A stretch of 64,000 bases of DNA, from contig JARDVH010000146.1 of assembly GCA_030324005.1 (NCBI GenBank), positions 13,763,704 to 13,827,703 on the forward strand, written 5' to 3'. Shown here piece by piece: positions 38,015 to 49,429 of this stretch (position 1 is its first letter; each line of letters opens with the position of its first letter). Under the pieces are notes generated by a model, which worked only from the letters and a program-made list of their open reading frames with translations, had not been told where the DNA came from and searched no databases. The stretch is from Negaprion brevirostris. Lineage: Eukaryota. The position numbers were made by a program, and so were the translations under genes.

Positions 38015-38815
38015 CTATTTTATTTGTTCATTGGACGTGGGCGTTGCTAACCAGACAAGCATTTGTTGCCCATTCCAAATTCCCCTTCAGAAGATAGTGT
38101 TGAGCTGTTTTCTTGAATCACTGCGGTTGTATGATGTGGAATCAAGATGCACCTAAATACTGTTTGGGATGGAATTCCAGAATTTTGACCCAGCTACAGT
38201 GAAGGAAGGATGATATAATTCCAAGTCAAGAAGGTTTGTGGCTTGGAGGCAAACTTGCAGATGGTGGTGTTCCCATGTATCTGCTGCCCTTGATCTTCTA
38301 GGTAATAGAGATTGTGTGTTTGAAAATTGCAATCAAAGGAGCCTGGGCAAGATGCTACAGTGCATCTTGTAAATGCTACACATTGCTGCCACTGTGTGCT
38401 AGTGGTGGACAGAGTGAATGTTAAAGGTAATCGATGGGTTACTGATTAAGCAGGCTGCTTTGTTCTGCTTAATGTCAAGCCTATCGAATTTTGTTCGATT
38501 TTATGCACAGTCAGATAAATAGGGAGTGTTCCACTACACTCCTGACTTGTGCCTTGTAGATGATGTACAGGCTTTGGAGAGTCAGGAGGTAAGTTACTCA
38601 CCACGGAATTCCCAGCCTTTGACCTCCTCTCACGGTCACAGTATTTAAAGGCTGGTTCAGTTAAGTTTCTGGACAATATTAACCCTTAGGATGTTCATGG
38701 AGGACTCATCAATGGTCATTGGTAATGCCATTGATGGTTACATTCTGTCTTATTGGAGATGGTGATTGCCTGGCTCTTATGTGGCATGAATAGTACTTGC
38801 CACTTATCATCCCGA
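38015..38815 (-). mobile_element. LINE 3' part (same family as 6030-6425)
   Basis: Similar to 6030-6425 and 8755-9430. Confidence 0.7.
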
Positions 38816-40792
38816 GCATGAATGTTGTCCAGTGTTTTAGAAAATATATAATTTCTATACTTTTTGGTCGTATTTTAATAAATTGTAATCCTATTAAGAC
38901 AATGGAGGAACTTCCCCACAGCAGAATATATAACTTGCATTCTATCCATGTGTGGATGAAACCAAACGACTTCACCCACCCAAACCGTCGCCTGTTGATT
39001 TATACTCTGACTCTTCAACGGTTTCTAGGAGGAGACGTCAAAAATTTAATTACCTGTTCTACAACACAGTGACTACAATAGATATGGTAATCAAGTTCAT
39101 CTGAAACATACAGCCAGCAAAGCTTTTAAAGAGCTGTTAGCCAAGTCAGAGCAAAAATCAGAAGGATATACTGAAAGGGATTACCACATCAAGACTGGTC
39201 AAAGGACAATTAACTGTATATTTCTTTCTTTATTTTCCTCAAGAAATGTAAAAATTCTTTATGCCTGTACTTGTATTCTACCATCTGTACTAGTGTGTAT
39301 GTGTGGAGCCCAAGGAATGTGTGTGACATATGAATGAAGGTTACGATTTGCCTAGTTTTCTTTTAATTCAGGAAGTAGGGTCAATAAACTTATCTTGTTC
39401 TTTGATTTGAACTCAGAACCTGTCTAATTTTTCACAATCCGAAGGCATGCATATTGGCACTCCTGCATCATTGGCAATGAATTTCTTGCTAAATTCACAA
39501 CTAAACCCTATTACAGCCCAATCTCGAGTGATGAATTAGGGGAGTCAACTTTTATCACTCTCTACATGGACATAACAGAAATTTGTGGCATAGATGCTGG
39601 GGATTTCACATTGTGGCCACTTTGTCTTCCTGCTTGTAACTGTATGGAACAGATTTCCACGTTTTATCCCTCAAAAGATCTTGGTTTGTTGTAAATTTCT
39701 CTTTTCAGAACAGTTGCTCTGCAATATCCACATTGAATTCTTCCGAGAGAGAGAGATGTGGATTTTTGCAGCCTTTCGGTATATCCTTCTGATCTCTGTT
39801 CTGACCTGGTAAATAGTTCTTAAAAATTCTCAGTGGCTGTGATTAAAAACTGAAAGAAAATTTAATCAGTAGAAAAACCCATAAGAATTACTTGGATACT
39901 AAAGAGGAGTAGGAGAACTAAAATAAATCAAAAGAACTTGGGAGAAAAGTTTAAAAACATGAGGTAGGCAAAACAAAGCAATAAATTAATCAAAATTATG
40001 AAGGAATATAAAGAGGTTCTAAAATATTTTATAGACACAAAAAATAATAAAATATAAATGAATATAGGATTCGGGCCACCTGTGGATGAGAGGTTAACTC
40101 AGGTAAAAACAGAAATGATATAAGTACTATTATGAGACTGTCTATTTTAAGAAAATACAATTTCTAATTGCTTTTTCTCTGCTAGGTTTTAGTAAATTTT
40201 AATCCCATTCCATGCAAGTGGAGTTGAAAAGAAATGGACTGTCAAATCACAGCCCCACCACCCTGGGAGTTTGTTGCCTTTTACAGTATTACTCTACAAA
40301 AATTTCTGAGCTGTGACATCAGAAACATCTCAAATGTTAGCAGAAAATTGCCCTGTTCTATAACACAATGACTAAAGCAGACACGATAAACAAATTCACT
40401 GAAATATACAGCCAAGTAAGACCTTTTTATTTTTCAACCCCACTTGCTTGGAATGCAATTTTACATTCTGCTGGCTTGCAGTCTCTCCATTGATTTAATG
40501 GGACTAAAATTTATTAAAAACTAGCCAGGAAAAAAGGCAATAGAAATTGTATTCTCTTAAAACAAACACCCTCATAACAGTACTGTAACCATTTCTCTAT
40601 TGTTATGAGTCCACGAGTAGCCTGATTCTTATCTTAATTTACATTTTGTTATTTCTGTGTCTACAAAATATTTTAGAACCTCTTTTTATATTCCTTCATA
40701 ATTTGATTAATTCTTTTTGTTTTGCCTACCTCGTGTTTTTAAACTTCTCTCCCAAGTTCTTTTGTTTTAATCCACCTACTCCTCTTTAATAA

Positions 40793-41208
40793 AAAGTTCA
40801 TTTATTAGTCAAATAAGGCTTACATTAACATTGCAGTGAAGTTACTGTGATATTCTCCTAGTTACCACAGGCTCGTGCCCTTTTGGGTCAATGCACATAA
40901 CTAGCACGTCTTTCAGACTGTGGGAAGAAACTGGAGCACCCAGAGGAAACCCACACATATACGGGNNNNNNNNNNNNNNNNNNNNNNNNNNNNNNNNNNN
41001 NNNNNNNNNNNNNNNNNNNNNNNNNNNNNNNNNNNNNNNNNNNNNNNNNNNNNNNNNNNNNNNNNAGGAAACTGGAGCACCCAGAGGAAACCCACACAGA
41101 TACGGGGAGAACGTGCAAACTCCACACAGACAGTGACCCAAGCTGGGAATCAAACCCGGGTCCCTGATACTGTGGGGTAGCAACGCTAATCACTGTGCTG
41201 CTATGGCA
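40793..41208 (-). mobile_element. HE1-head SINE with alternative tail, split by a gap with overlapping flanks
   Basis: Family match. The string gaaactggagcacccagaggaaacccacaca occurs on both sides of the N run. Confidence 0.8.
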
Positions 41209-41510
41209 CCCTGTGGCATTTAGTACCAAAGTAATTTCTATGTATTTTTCTACAATTCAAATTTTTCTTCAGTCCTTATTCAACCATTGTGCTGCATAAT
41301 TAGTTTACTAGGTTTTGATTCTGTGTTGATTACCCTGGTTAGACTTGCATACAGAGATCGAGCGAAGCCTGCAAAAACTCAATTCCTTTTTCTCCTTTCA
41401 CAAATAATTCCTGCCAATATATTTGAGGATGGTTAAAAAATCTCATGATTTTTTTGTTTGCAGTTAGACATCGTGCAGATTTGCGCACACATTTCTTTCT
41501 CCATTGCTAT

Positions 41511-41790
41511 GGATGGCACAGTGGTTAGCATTACTGCCTCACAGCACCAGGGACCTGGGTTCAATTCCCAGCCTGGGTGACTGTCTGTGTGGAATCTGTA
41601 TGTTCTCCCTGTGTCTGCGTGGGTTTTCTCCGGGTGCTCCGGTTTCCTCCCACAATCCGAAAGACGTGCTGGATAGATGCATTGACAGTGCTAAATTCTC
41701 CTGCAGTGACCAGGCACCAGAGTGTGGTGATTTTCACAGTAACTTCATTGCAATGTTAATGAAAGCCTACTTGTGACACTAATAATAAAA
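41511..41790 (+). mobile_element. HE1-head SINE with alternative tail
   Basis: tggcacagtggttagc, ggttcaattccc, and tail aacttcattgcaatgttaatgaaagcctacttgtgacactaataataaa. Confidence 0.85.
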
Positions 41791-41830
41791 TTAATTAATT
41801 AATAATAATTCTTTCTGAATGTTTTGAACA

Positions 41831-42100
41831 GGAGGCTGTTTTAGCTCAGTTGGTCCAGATAAACGCAAACAGTGCAGATTCAATTCTCAATCTGCTGAGG
41901 TAAACTTAGGACCTGTCACCTCACCCTGTACTTGATAGGGAAAAGCAGTGACAAAACACCACAAACTGCTGAGAGATGGGGCTCAGAGTGAGGCACCAGA
42001 AGAAAGTGAGCCAAGGACCTGCCTTCAGGCAGAGTACCCAAGGATGAATGAAAGCTGGCGGTCTATATGGTATGCTCCTATTGGAGTGATGGACCCTGTA
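41831..42100 (+). mobile_element. tRNA-derived SINE (further family)
   Basis: A box ttagctcagttgg and B-box-like gattcaattc. The head resembles that of 17988-18210. Confidence 0.5.
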
Positions 42101-42507
42101 TCTTTTAACCAAATCCGTATAAATACTGCGTCTATCGCAAGCTCTTCATTTTTTTNNNNNNNNNNNNNNNNNNNNNNNNNNNNNNNNNNNNNNNNNNNNN
42201 NNNNNNNNNNNNNNNNNNNNNNNNNNNNNNNNNNNNNNNNNNNNNNNNNNNNNNNNNNNNNNNNNNNNNNNNNNNNNNNNNNNNNNNNNNNNNNNNNNNN
42301 NNNNNNNNNNNNNNNNNNNNNNNNNNNNNNNNNNNNNNNNNNNNNNNNNNNNNNNNNNNNNNNNNNNNNNNNNNNNNNNNNNNNNNNNNNNNNNNNNNNN
42401 NNNNNNNNNNNNNNNNNNNNNNNNNNNNNNNNNNNNNNNNNNNNNNNNNNNNNNNNNNNNNNNNNNNNNNNNNNNNNNNNNNNNNNNNNNNNNNNNNNNN
42501 NNNNNNN

Positions 42508-43560
42508 CCTTTATCCGCGTGATGACTTTCCTACTTTGTTTGTCTTTATGCCAATTTGCATGTAGCTTGGTAATAATCCAGAAATTATTACTTGTGAGAT
42601 CTAGTATTTCAATTTAGTTCCGAACACCTGATACTCCCTTCGCAGAACATCTTCCTCATTCTTTCTTCTGTTGTTAGTTCTAACATGGAGCACAACTATT
42701 GGTTCTTACCCCCTCCATGTTCTTTACCAGTAATTTTAAGATGCTCCTTATCCTCACAGCTGGTGGACAGTATTCCTTTTGAGACACTCAATCCTGACTC
42801 TGAAGGATACTACCTATCCCCCCTTATTATGGAATCCCATATAACTGCAAACCTTCTACTCTGCATTTCCCTTCTGTTTCTGGGTGCTTTAGCTTGCATT
42901 CTTGACTGTCCTTCCCAAAGTCTTTGCCCTAATCCTCACAGGTAGATTATTTTATACCTGTTGGACAGAAGTAGTATATGCTGGACCTTCTTCACACTTG
43001 ATCCTAAGTTTCCCCATACCTGGCTGACAGTTGAAACTCTCTTCTTCCTTCACTTAGGCTTTCCTGTTGTGATTATTCGCTGGAGTAAATTACCCAGTAG
43101 TTCTGTCTCCACCTTGCAAATCAAATTGTCTCCAACTTGGACTCTAGTTCAATTACTCTGAGATGGAGTGTCTCAGGGCAAAGGCACTTCTTGCAGTTAT
43201 GAAACTCTAGGATAGTCTCATTGTCCACAAGCTCTCAGATAATTCAATCCTGACACAATGCCTGTGTGGCCACATCTTTATTAATTTATTGGTTATCAGT
43301 TGTTTAATTTCCGAATTAATAGGTTATATGAGGCCTAAATTTATGAAATAGGTGAATTTAACTTGAATGTAACTAATTAATTAGCTACTTGAATGAGTTA
43401 GCTATTGTCAATTACCAGCATCTTTAAATACTGTTAGAATGTAATCACTATGCTGGTTTTCCTTACATTTACACTTCTGTGAATTAATATTAAATCCTTA
43501 TCAAATTAAGTACAACACTAACCACTAAAGATATTAACATAGCTCTCTCCAGACACTTTC
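42508..43560 (-). mobile_element. Probable CR1 5' region (ORF1/esterase-like remnant and 5' UTR)
   Basis: Minus-strand IMGDR / VIISGLLPS-like remnants typical of CR1 ORF1. Highly decayed. Confidence 0.45.
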
Positions 43561-44595
43561 CTGTATACTTGATTTCGCCAGGTTCAGCTACTCCTCTGTT
43601 GAGGATCGTGCCAATTTTTCTATTTCCTTCAGTGCAATTATTTATTGTTACTCCTTGGTTTAAGGTACATTGTATCTCTTTCCTCTCGGCACTGTATCCT
43701 CAATCTCGCCCTCACCAATTTACATAGCCATTCTGTTTAACCAGCCACTCCGTTTAGCATGTTCACAAACTTCTGTGTTGGTGATATTCCTTCAATCTTC
43801 TTAGAAACTCCCAAGTTGCCCCTAGTCAGTTAACAGCAGGCCATAACAATTAACACAACAACTGATTGGCTATTAACTGTTGCTGGGACTTGTAGTTTAA
43901 TCATATTCCAGATTGATAATGTACTGATTGCACTATTTACCCATTGCTCACCAGTGAATTCTGATTCATGAAATAATTGCCACGTTAGTTACTGTATCTC
44001 TCAACTTAGTGCCATCAGCACATTTTGAGTTTACTGATTCCTACTGTTACACCCAAGGTATTTATAGTGAGGTGTATTCTATTACTGATCCCTGGGTTCA
44101 CCTTTATTCGCAGCCTGCCAATTTGACAGCATAACCGTCATCTATTCCCTATTGCCTATCTCCTAATCATTTCTCTGACCATGTCAATTCTTTGTGCTTT
44201 CATTTTGTTGAACATGCTTTTACAAAAAGACCTTGTGCATATTTAGGCTCCTTGTCTATCCAATTTAAGCAATCTACTCTTGTATCCGCAGGCATTGAGA
44301 TGGCATGTGGTCTTGCTGATGACACTGAGGAATGCACACATCAATATTATAATCAGTAAATGACTTATTACTGCCAAATGTTTGAAAAAAATAGTTCACC
44401 TTTATTGTGTTTTCAGGATCAATTTAAAAGATTGGGTATAATTGAAAGATTATTTGCAGTCAGCAGAGAGATGTTCCAGTGCCAACTTGGGGCAATGGAC
44501 CTCTCAAGTTATACCATGGAACTCCGATTCATTAAGTCTAACTTCAGCACTCTGCAGTTTTTCTAATTGGCTATTAAAGGTGTTTCTCTCCTTAG

Positions 44596-44666
44596 TTCCT
44601 AGATCATTTACTGACTGGTATTGAAGATGTATGTGGACACTATGGACATCACCACTGGAAGGACAA
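44596..44666 (+). CDS. slc9a1: NHE1-type coding exon 7 (71 bp; absent from the ORF track)
   Basis: ttctctccttag|TTC ... AA|gtgagt. Translates FLDHLLTGIEDVCGHYGHHHWKD(K), including the NHE1-characteristic HYGHHH motif. Confidence 0.95.
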
Positions 44667-45267
44667 GTGAGTCAGGATGCAGTAGATAGTGTCTCTACCC
44701 CACTTAAATGAATATCATTGGTTTTCAGGCTGGATATGTGAGAGGTTTATTCTGGCTCAGTAAATTCAATGAGGAGTTGAGCCCTGATTTAAGATTCCCC
44801 ACAAAATCAACCATCTATGTCGTCTTTAATATTGAAAGACTCACCAACCAGAGGCATGTTGTCCCTGAGATCTGAGTTGACAGAAGAGCAGCTTCCAGTG
44901 TACCACTTAACTGTTTATATGCAATACCCCTCTTCTCATATCTCCTTTCTAAGCACAGTAGTACAAAGACTACCCATTCCTTGATTTCACGTCATATTGC
45001 AAGGACTGCTCTAGTACAACTGATTTAAAGCTGGATACTGACATCTAGAGGAGTGAGATATTCTTATGTTGCACTTGCTCTGAGGGAGGCAGGAAGATAG
45101 TAAGATGTTGTAGGTTTAAATCATTGTTCTATTATATTATATTGTCACTAAAGTGTAAACATTCCAGCCTCTGAAGAATAAAGTATTCTGGGTAGCTGAA
45201 AGCAAGTCTGTCCCTGTATACACACTCAGCGTGCAATCATTTAGAAATAATTACCTTTTTCTTTCAG

Positions 45268-45432
45268 GCTGAACCGGTTCAATAAGAAATATATTAAGAA
45301 ATGTTTAATTACTGGAGAAAGATCAAAACAGCCGCAGCTCATTGCATTTTACCACAAAATGGAGATGAAAAATGCGATTGAGATGGTAGCAAGCGGTGGC
45401 ATGCCCAAACTTCCATCATCAGTGTCTATACA
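45268..45432 (+). CDS. slc9a1: NHE1-type coding exon 8 (165 bp; absent from the ORF track)
   Basis: tttttctttcag|G ... CA|gtaagt. Translates [54 protein letters not shown](Q), the lipid-interaction domain region. Confidence 0.95.
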
Positions 45433-46338
45433 GTAAGTGACAATAACTGTGTGGAGATTTGGAGTGGTTGGTGAGAGGGGAGAGGCTTAAATGAAATAGA
45501 AAGCAATATTTCTAGTTGTATCACAGCTTGGTATGGCTCCTGCTCTGTCCAAGACTGCAAGAAGTTACAAAGGGTCGCATCACATAAACTAACCTCCCAT
45601 CCGTTGACTCTGTCTATGCCTCAATAGAGGAGGTGATGGACGTATTAAAATGTGTGAAGATGGATAAATCTCCGCACCCTGACCAGGTATATTCAAGAAC
45701 ACTGAGGATAGAGAAGAAATTCTGAGAGCCCTGGCTGAGATGTTTGCTCCATCATTAGCCACGGGAGAGATATCCTCGAAGACTGGAAGGAAGCAAATGT
45801 TGTGCCCTTATTTAAGAATGGCTGCAAAGAAACACCTGGGAATTATAGACCGGGCTTTCTTAACTATAGCGTCAGCATGGTGGAACGGGACAGGTTGTTA
45901 GTGATCTGAACTTCTGGGAAATTATTGCTGAGTGAAGAGAGGTTGTCTCGGGTGAAATGGGAAGGGGAGAGTGGGTGATGGGAAAGGGGGAGAAGGATAG
46001 GGGAAGAAAGAATTGACTCACTGGTCAGCAAAAAGAGAGAAAACCTCTTAGAAGCTGCGTATTTGTGGAAGGCTTTATTTAGTCATGCAGTGGAGAAATA
46101 TTTACTGAACTCAAAGAACTGAAGCATCTGAACGTAAAACATTGGATTCTTATTGAAATAGAGGGGTAATTCCAGCCAGGGTTCCATTACCACTAGTCTA
46201 TCGGTCTGATCAGTCACAAGTTCTGTGTATGGGGTATAATAGTTGCTTCTGTAGCTTATGCAAATATAAAAAGCCCATTTAGGTTCTGTAATATCTTATT
46301 AAAATAAATGGATGTATGATTTAAACAACAATTAATAG

Positions 46339-46453
46339 GCATGTCCCGAGGAGGCCTACACTTACAGAACGACTGCTACCTACACTTTCAAAAGAGAGAG
46401 AGGAAGAAGTCCGGAAAATACTTCGTGAGAATCTACAGCAAACAAGACAACGG
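46339..46453 (+). CDS. slc9a1: NHE1-type coding exon 9 (115 bp; absent from the ORF track)
   Basis: attaatag|G ... CGG|gtatga. Translates HVPRRPTLTERLLPTLSKEREEEVRKILRENLQQTRQR, matching NHE1 [29 protein letters not shown]. Phases fit both neighbouring exons. Confidence 0.9.
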
Positions 46454-46784
46454 GTATGAATCTGTTCAGAGTACAATTGGTCAGTAACTGTACAGTTATT
46501 ATTTTGGGTAAAGATTCTTCATTATAATTATTGTTACTAATGACAGTAATTATTCAGATTAAATGTTAGCAATTAACGACAATCACTGGTCAAGAGAAAG
46601 GTTACTCACTGTTGAGGGCAAAGGTTGTTCACTAATCACCAAATTGCATTGTTCAACTAGGTAGTGATTAGTTACTCTGCAGTTGGCTTTCCTGTGAACA
46701 TTGGCTTTTACCATGAACAAACTGAGGGATTCGCTCTCCTTGATGCTGCCTGTCCCTGTGAGTAATCTTCGTTTTTTCTTTCAG

Positions 46785-46886
46785 CTTCGATCCTACAATA
46801 GACATACATTGATTGCTGATCCATACGAGGACCAGTGGAATCAAATGTTGTTAAAACGGCAGAGGATGCGCAGTTTGGATCAACGG
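46785..46886 (+). CDS. slc9a1: NHE1-type coding exon 10 (102 bp)
   Basis: ttttttctttcag|CTT ... CGG|gtaggt. Translates [34 protein letters not shown], the calmodulin-binding region. Confidence 0.95.
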
Positions 46887-47209
46887 GTAGGTGAAATCTC
46901 ATTGTCAAGTTTGCCTTGGTTACTCAGAGCTCTTTTAGTATCTGTATAACTCAAGTCATTTCTGACTGGTTCTGTTAATTACATCTGGGAGCAATATTAC
47001 TGGGTTAGAGTAGAATGACACCACATGGACTGCAGCAGTTCAAGAAGTCTGCTCACCACCATGTTCCCATGGGCAATAAATGCCCCTCAAAGCCTCGAGC
47101 CACTTTCTGCTTTGTTTAAATATGAGATGCGTGTTGTACACTGAGGGCAGCGAGTGCGCAGGGACATGAGACATACCAGGATCTGCATCCCAAATCCATA
47201 ATTTCTGGG

Positions 47210-47988
47210 ACTCAAACACAGCCAATTATGTCAGACTCCTGTTTATTGACCAGCTCAACCTTCAACACCAGTACTCCAACAAAGCTCATCTCAAAACTCC
47301 ATGGCCTGGGGCTTGGCTCCTTCTTCTGTGACTGGATCCTAGACTTTCTAACCCACAGACCGTAGTCAGTAAGAATAGGCAACAACAGCTCCACCATGAT
47401 CATCCTCAAAACCAGTACCTCACAAGGCTATGTCCTCAGACCCTTACTATACTCATACACCTATGACTGTGTGGCCAAATTCCCCTCAATTCAGTTTTCA
47501 AATTTGCTGACATAGTGCGTCAGATCTCAAACAATGATGAGACGGACTACAGGAAAGAGAGAGAGAATCTGGTGAATTAGCGCAACGACAATAATCTCTC
47601 TCTCGATGTCGTCAAAACAAAGGGGATAGTCATCGACTTCAGGAAGCATAATGGAGGACATGCCCTTGTCTACATCAATGGGGAAGAAGTGGAAATGGTT
47701 GAGAGCTTCAAGTTTGTAGATGTTCAGATCACTAACAACCTGTCCCATTCCCTCCATGCCGACGCTTTAGTTAAGAAAGCCCATCAACACTTCTATTTTC
47801 TCGGGAGGCTAAGGAAATTTGGCATGTCTGCTATGACCCTCTTCAATCTTTACAGCACCATAGAAAGCAATATTTCTAGTTGTATCACAGCTTGGTATGG
47901 CTCCTGCTCTGTCCAAGACTGCAAGAAGTTACAAAGGGTCGCATCACATAAACTAACCTCCCATCCGTTGACTCTGTCTATGCCTCAA
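47210..47988 (+). mobile_element. Rex1/Babar-like LINE RT fragment (3' tail resumes at ~49120-49426)
   Basis: ORF 47689-47991 (HFYFLGRLRKFGMS...SCITAWYG) is homologous to 1690-2685. Confidence 0.8.
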
Positions 47989-48282
47989 TAGAGGAGGTGA
48001 TGGACGTATTAAAATGTGTGAAGATGGATAAATCTCCGCACCCTGACCAGGTATATTCAAGAACACTGAGGATAGAGAAGAAATTCTGAGAGCCCTGGCT
48101 GAGATGTTTGCTCCATCATTAGCCACGGGAGAGATATCCTCGAAGACTGGAAGGAAGCAAATGTTGTGCCCTTATTTAAGAATGGCTGCAAAGAAACACC
48201 TGGGAATTATAGACCGGGCTTTCTTAACTATAGCGTCAGCATGGTGGAACGGGACAGGTTGTTAGTGATCTGAACTTCTGGA

Positions 48283-49000
48283 AAATTATTGCCACTAATT
48301 TTCCCGGGTTCCCAAGTCGTCTTTCTCCAGGGTAAATATAGAGCAGAAATATTTATTGAGAATCTTGCCCATCTCCTGCAGTTCTACACGTGTGTCCATT
48401 TTGGTCCTTGAGGGGTCCTATTCTCCCTCTAGTCACTCTTTTTCCTTCAATGTACATAAAGAATCCTTTAGAATTCACCATAAGTTTCTCAGCCAAAGCT
48501 ACCTCATGTCCCTTTTTGTCCTCCTAATTTCCTTCTTGAGTATACTGCTGTTGCCCCTCTACGCCTCCAGGGAATCCCTTGTACCTGAGCCATGCCTCCT
48601 TTTTCCTGGCCAAAACCTCAATACATTTTGTCATCCAGGGTTCACTACTTCTGCCAGCCTTGTCCTTCACCCTAACAGGAACATATAGATTCTGAACTCC
48701 AGCTATTTGAAGGCCTCCCACTTGCCAGAGGTCCCTTTGCCCTCAAACAAGCTAAGCTCCTGCCTAATTCCAGCAAAATTTGTCTTGCCCCAATTTAGAA
48801 CTTTCACCTGTGGACCAGTTTTGTCCCTTTTCATAACTATTTTAAAATTAATAGAACTGTGCTCACTGGTCCCAAAGTGGTCCCCCACCTTCACTTCAGC
48901 TAGTTGCCCTGCCCTGTTTCCCAAGAGGAGATCAAGTTTTGCCCTTTCCCGAACAGGACCCCCCACATACTGCCTGAGGAAACTTTCCTGAACACACTTA
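48283..49000 (-). mobile_element. CR1 fragment (endonuclease-linker region); paralogous copy of 51017-51700
   Basis: ORF 48703-49017 reads FLRQYVGGPVRERAKLDLLLGN...HFGTSEH...LNWGKTNF. Confidence 0.8.
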
Positions 49001-49429
49001 GGATAATAATAAATCAATCAATTTGGAGGAAATTTACTTCACAGAGCAAATCAACACAGTCTAAGTGACTTGATTTCACTGGAGTCAGAGATCTGAGTTC
49101 GGTAGCCTATCAGAAGCCTCAGAAAAGCAGCCAGCATAATCAAAGCCCATATGCATCCTGGACATAGTTTCTTCCACCTTCGTCGGGAAAAAGGTACAGA
49201 AGTCTGAGATTGCAAACCAACCAACTCAAGAACAGCTTCTTCCCTGCTGCCATCAGACTTTTGAATGGACCTACCCCATAATAAGTTGATATTTCTCTAC
49301 CCGCTAGCAATGATAGTAATATTACATTCTGCACCCTCTCCTTTCCTTCTCTACGTATGGTATGCTTTGCCTGTATAGCATGCAAGAAACAATACTTTTC
49401 ACTGTATACTAATACATGCGACAATAATC

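Noticed and set aside
39000-39578. Possible solo LTR (AATAAA, ends ...cataaca); a similar impression at 62320-63060
   Set aside because: No partner LTR, PBS or TSD could be demonstrated from the window alone.
40927-41100. Direct repeat on either side of an N run within a SINE
   Set aside because: Typical unresolved contig overlap, not biology.
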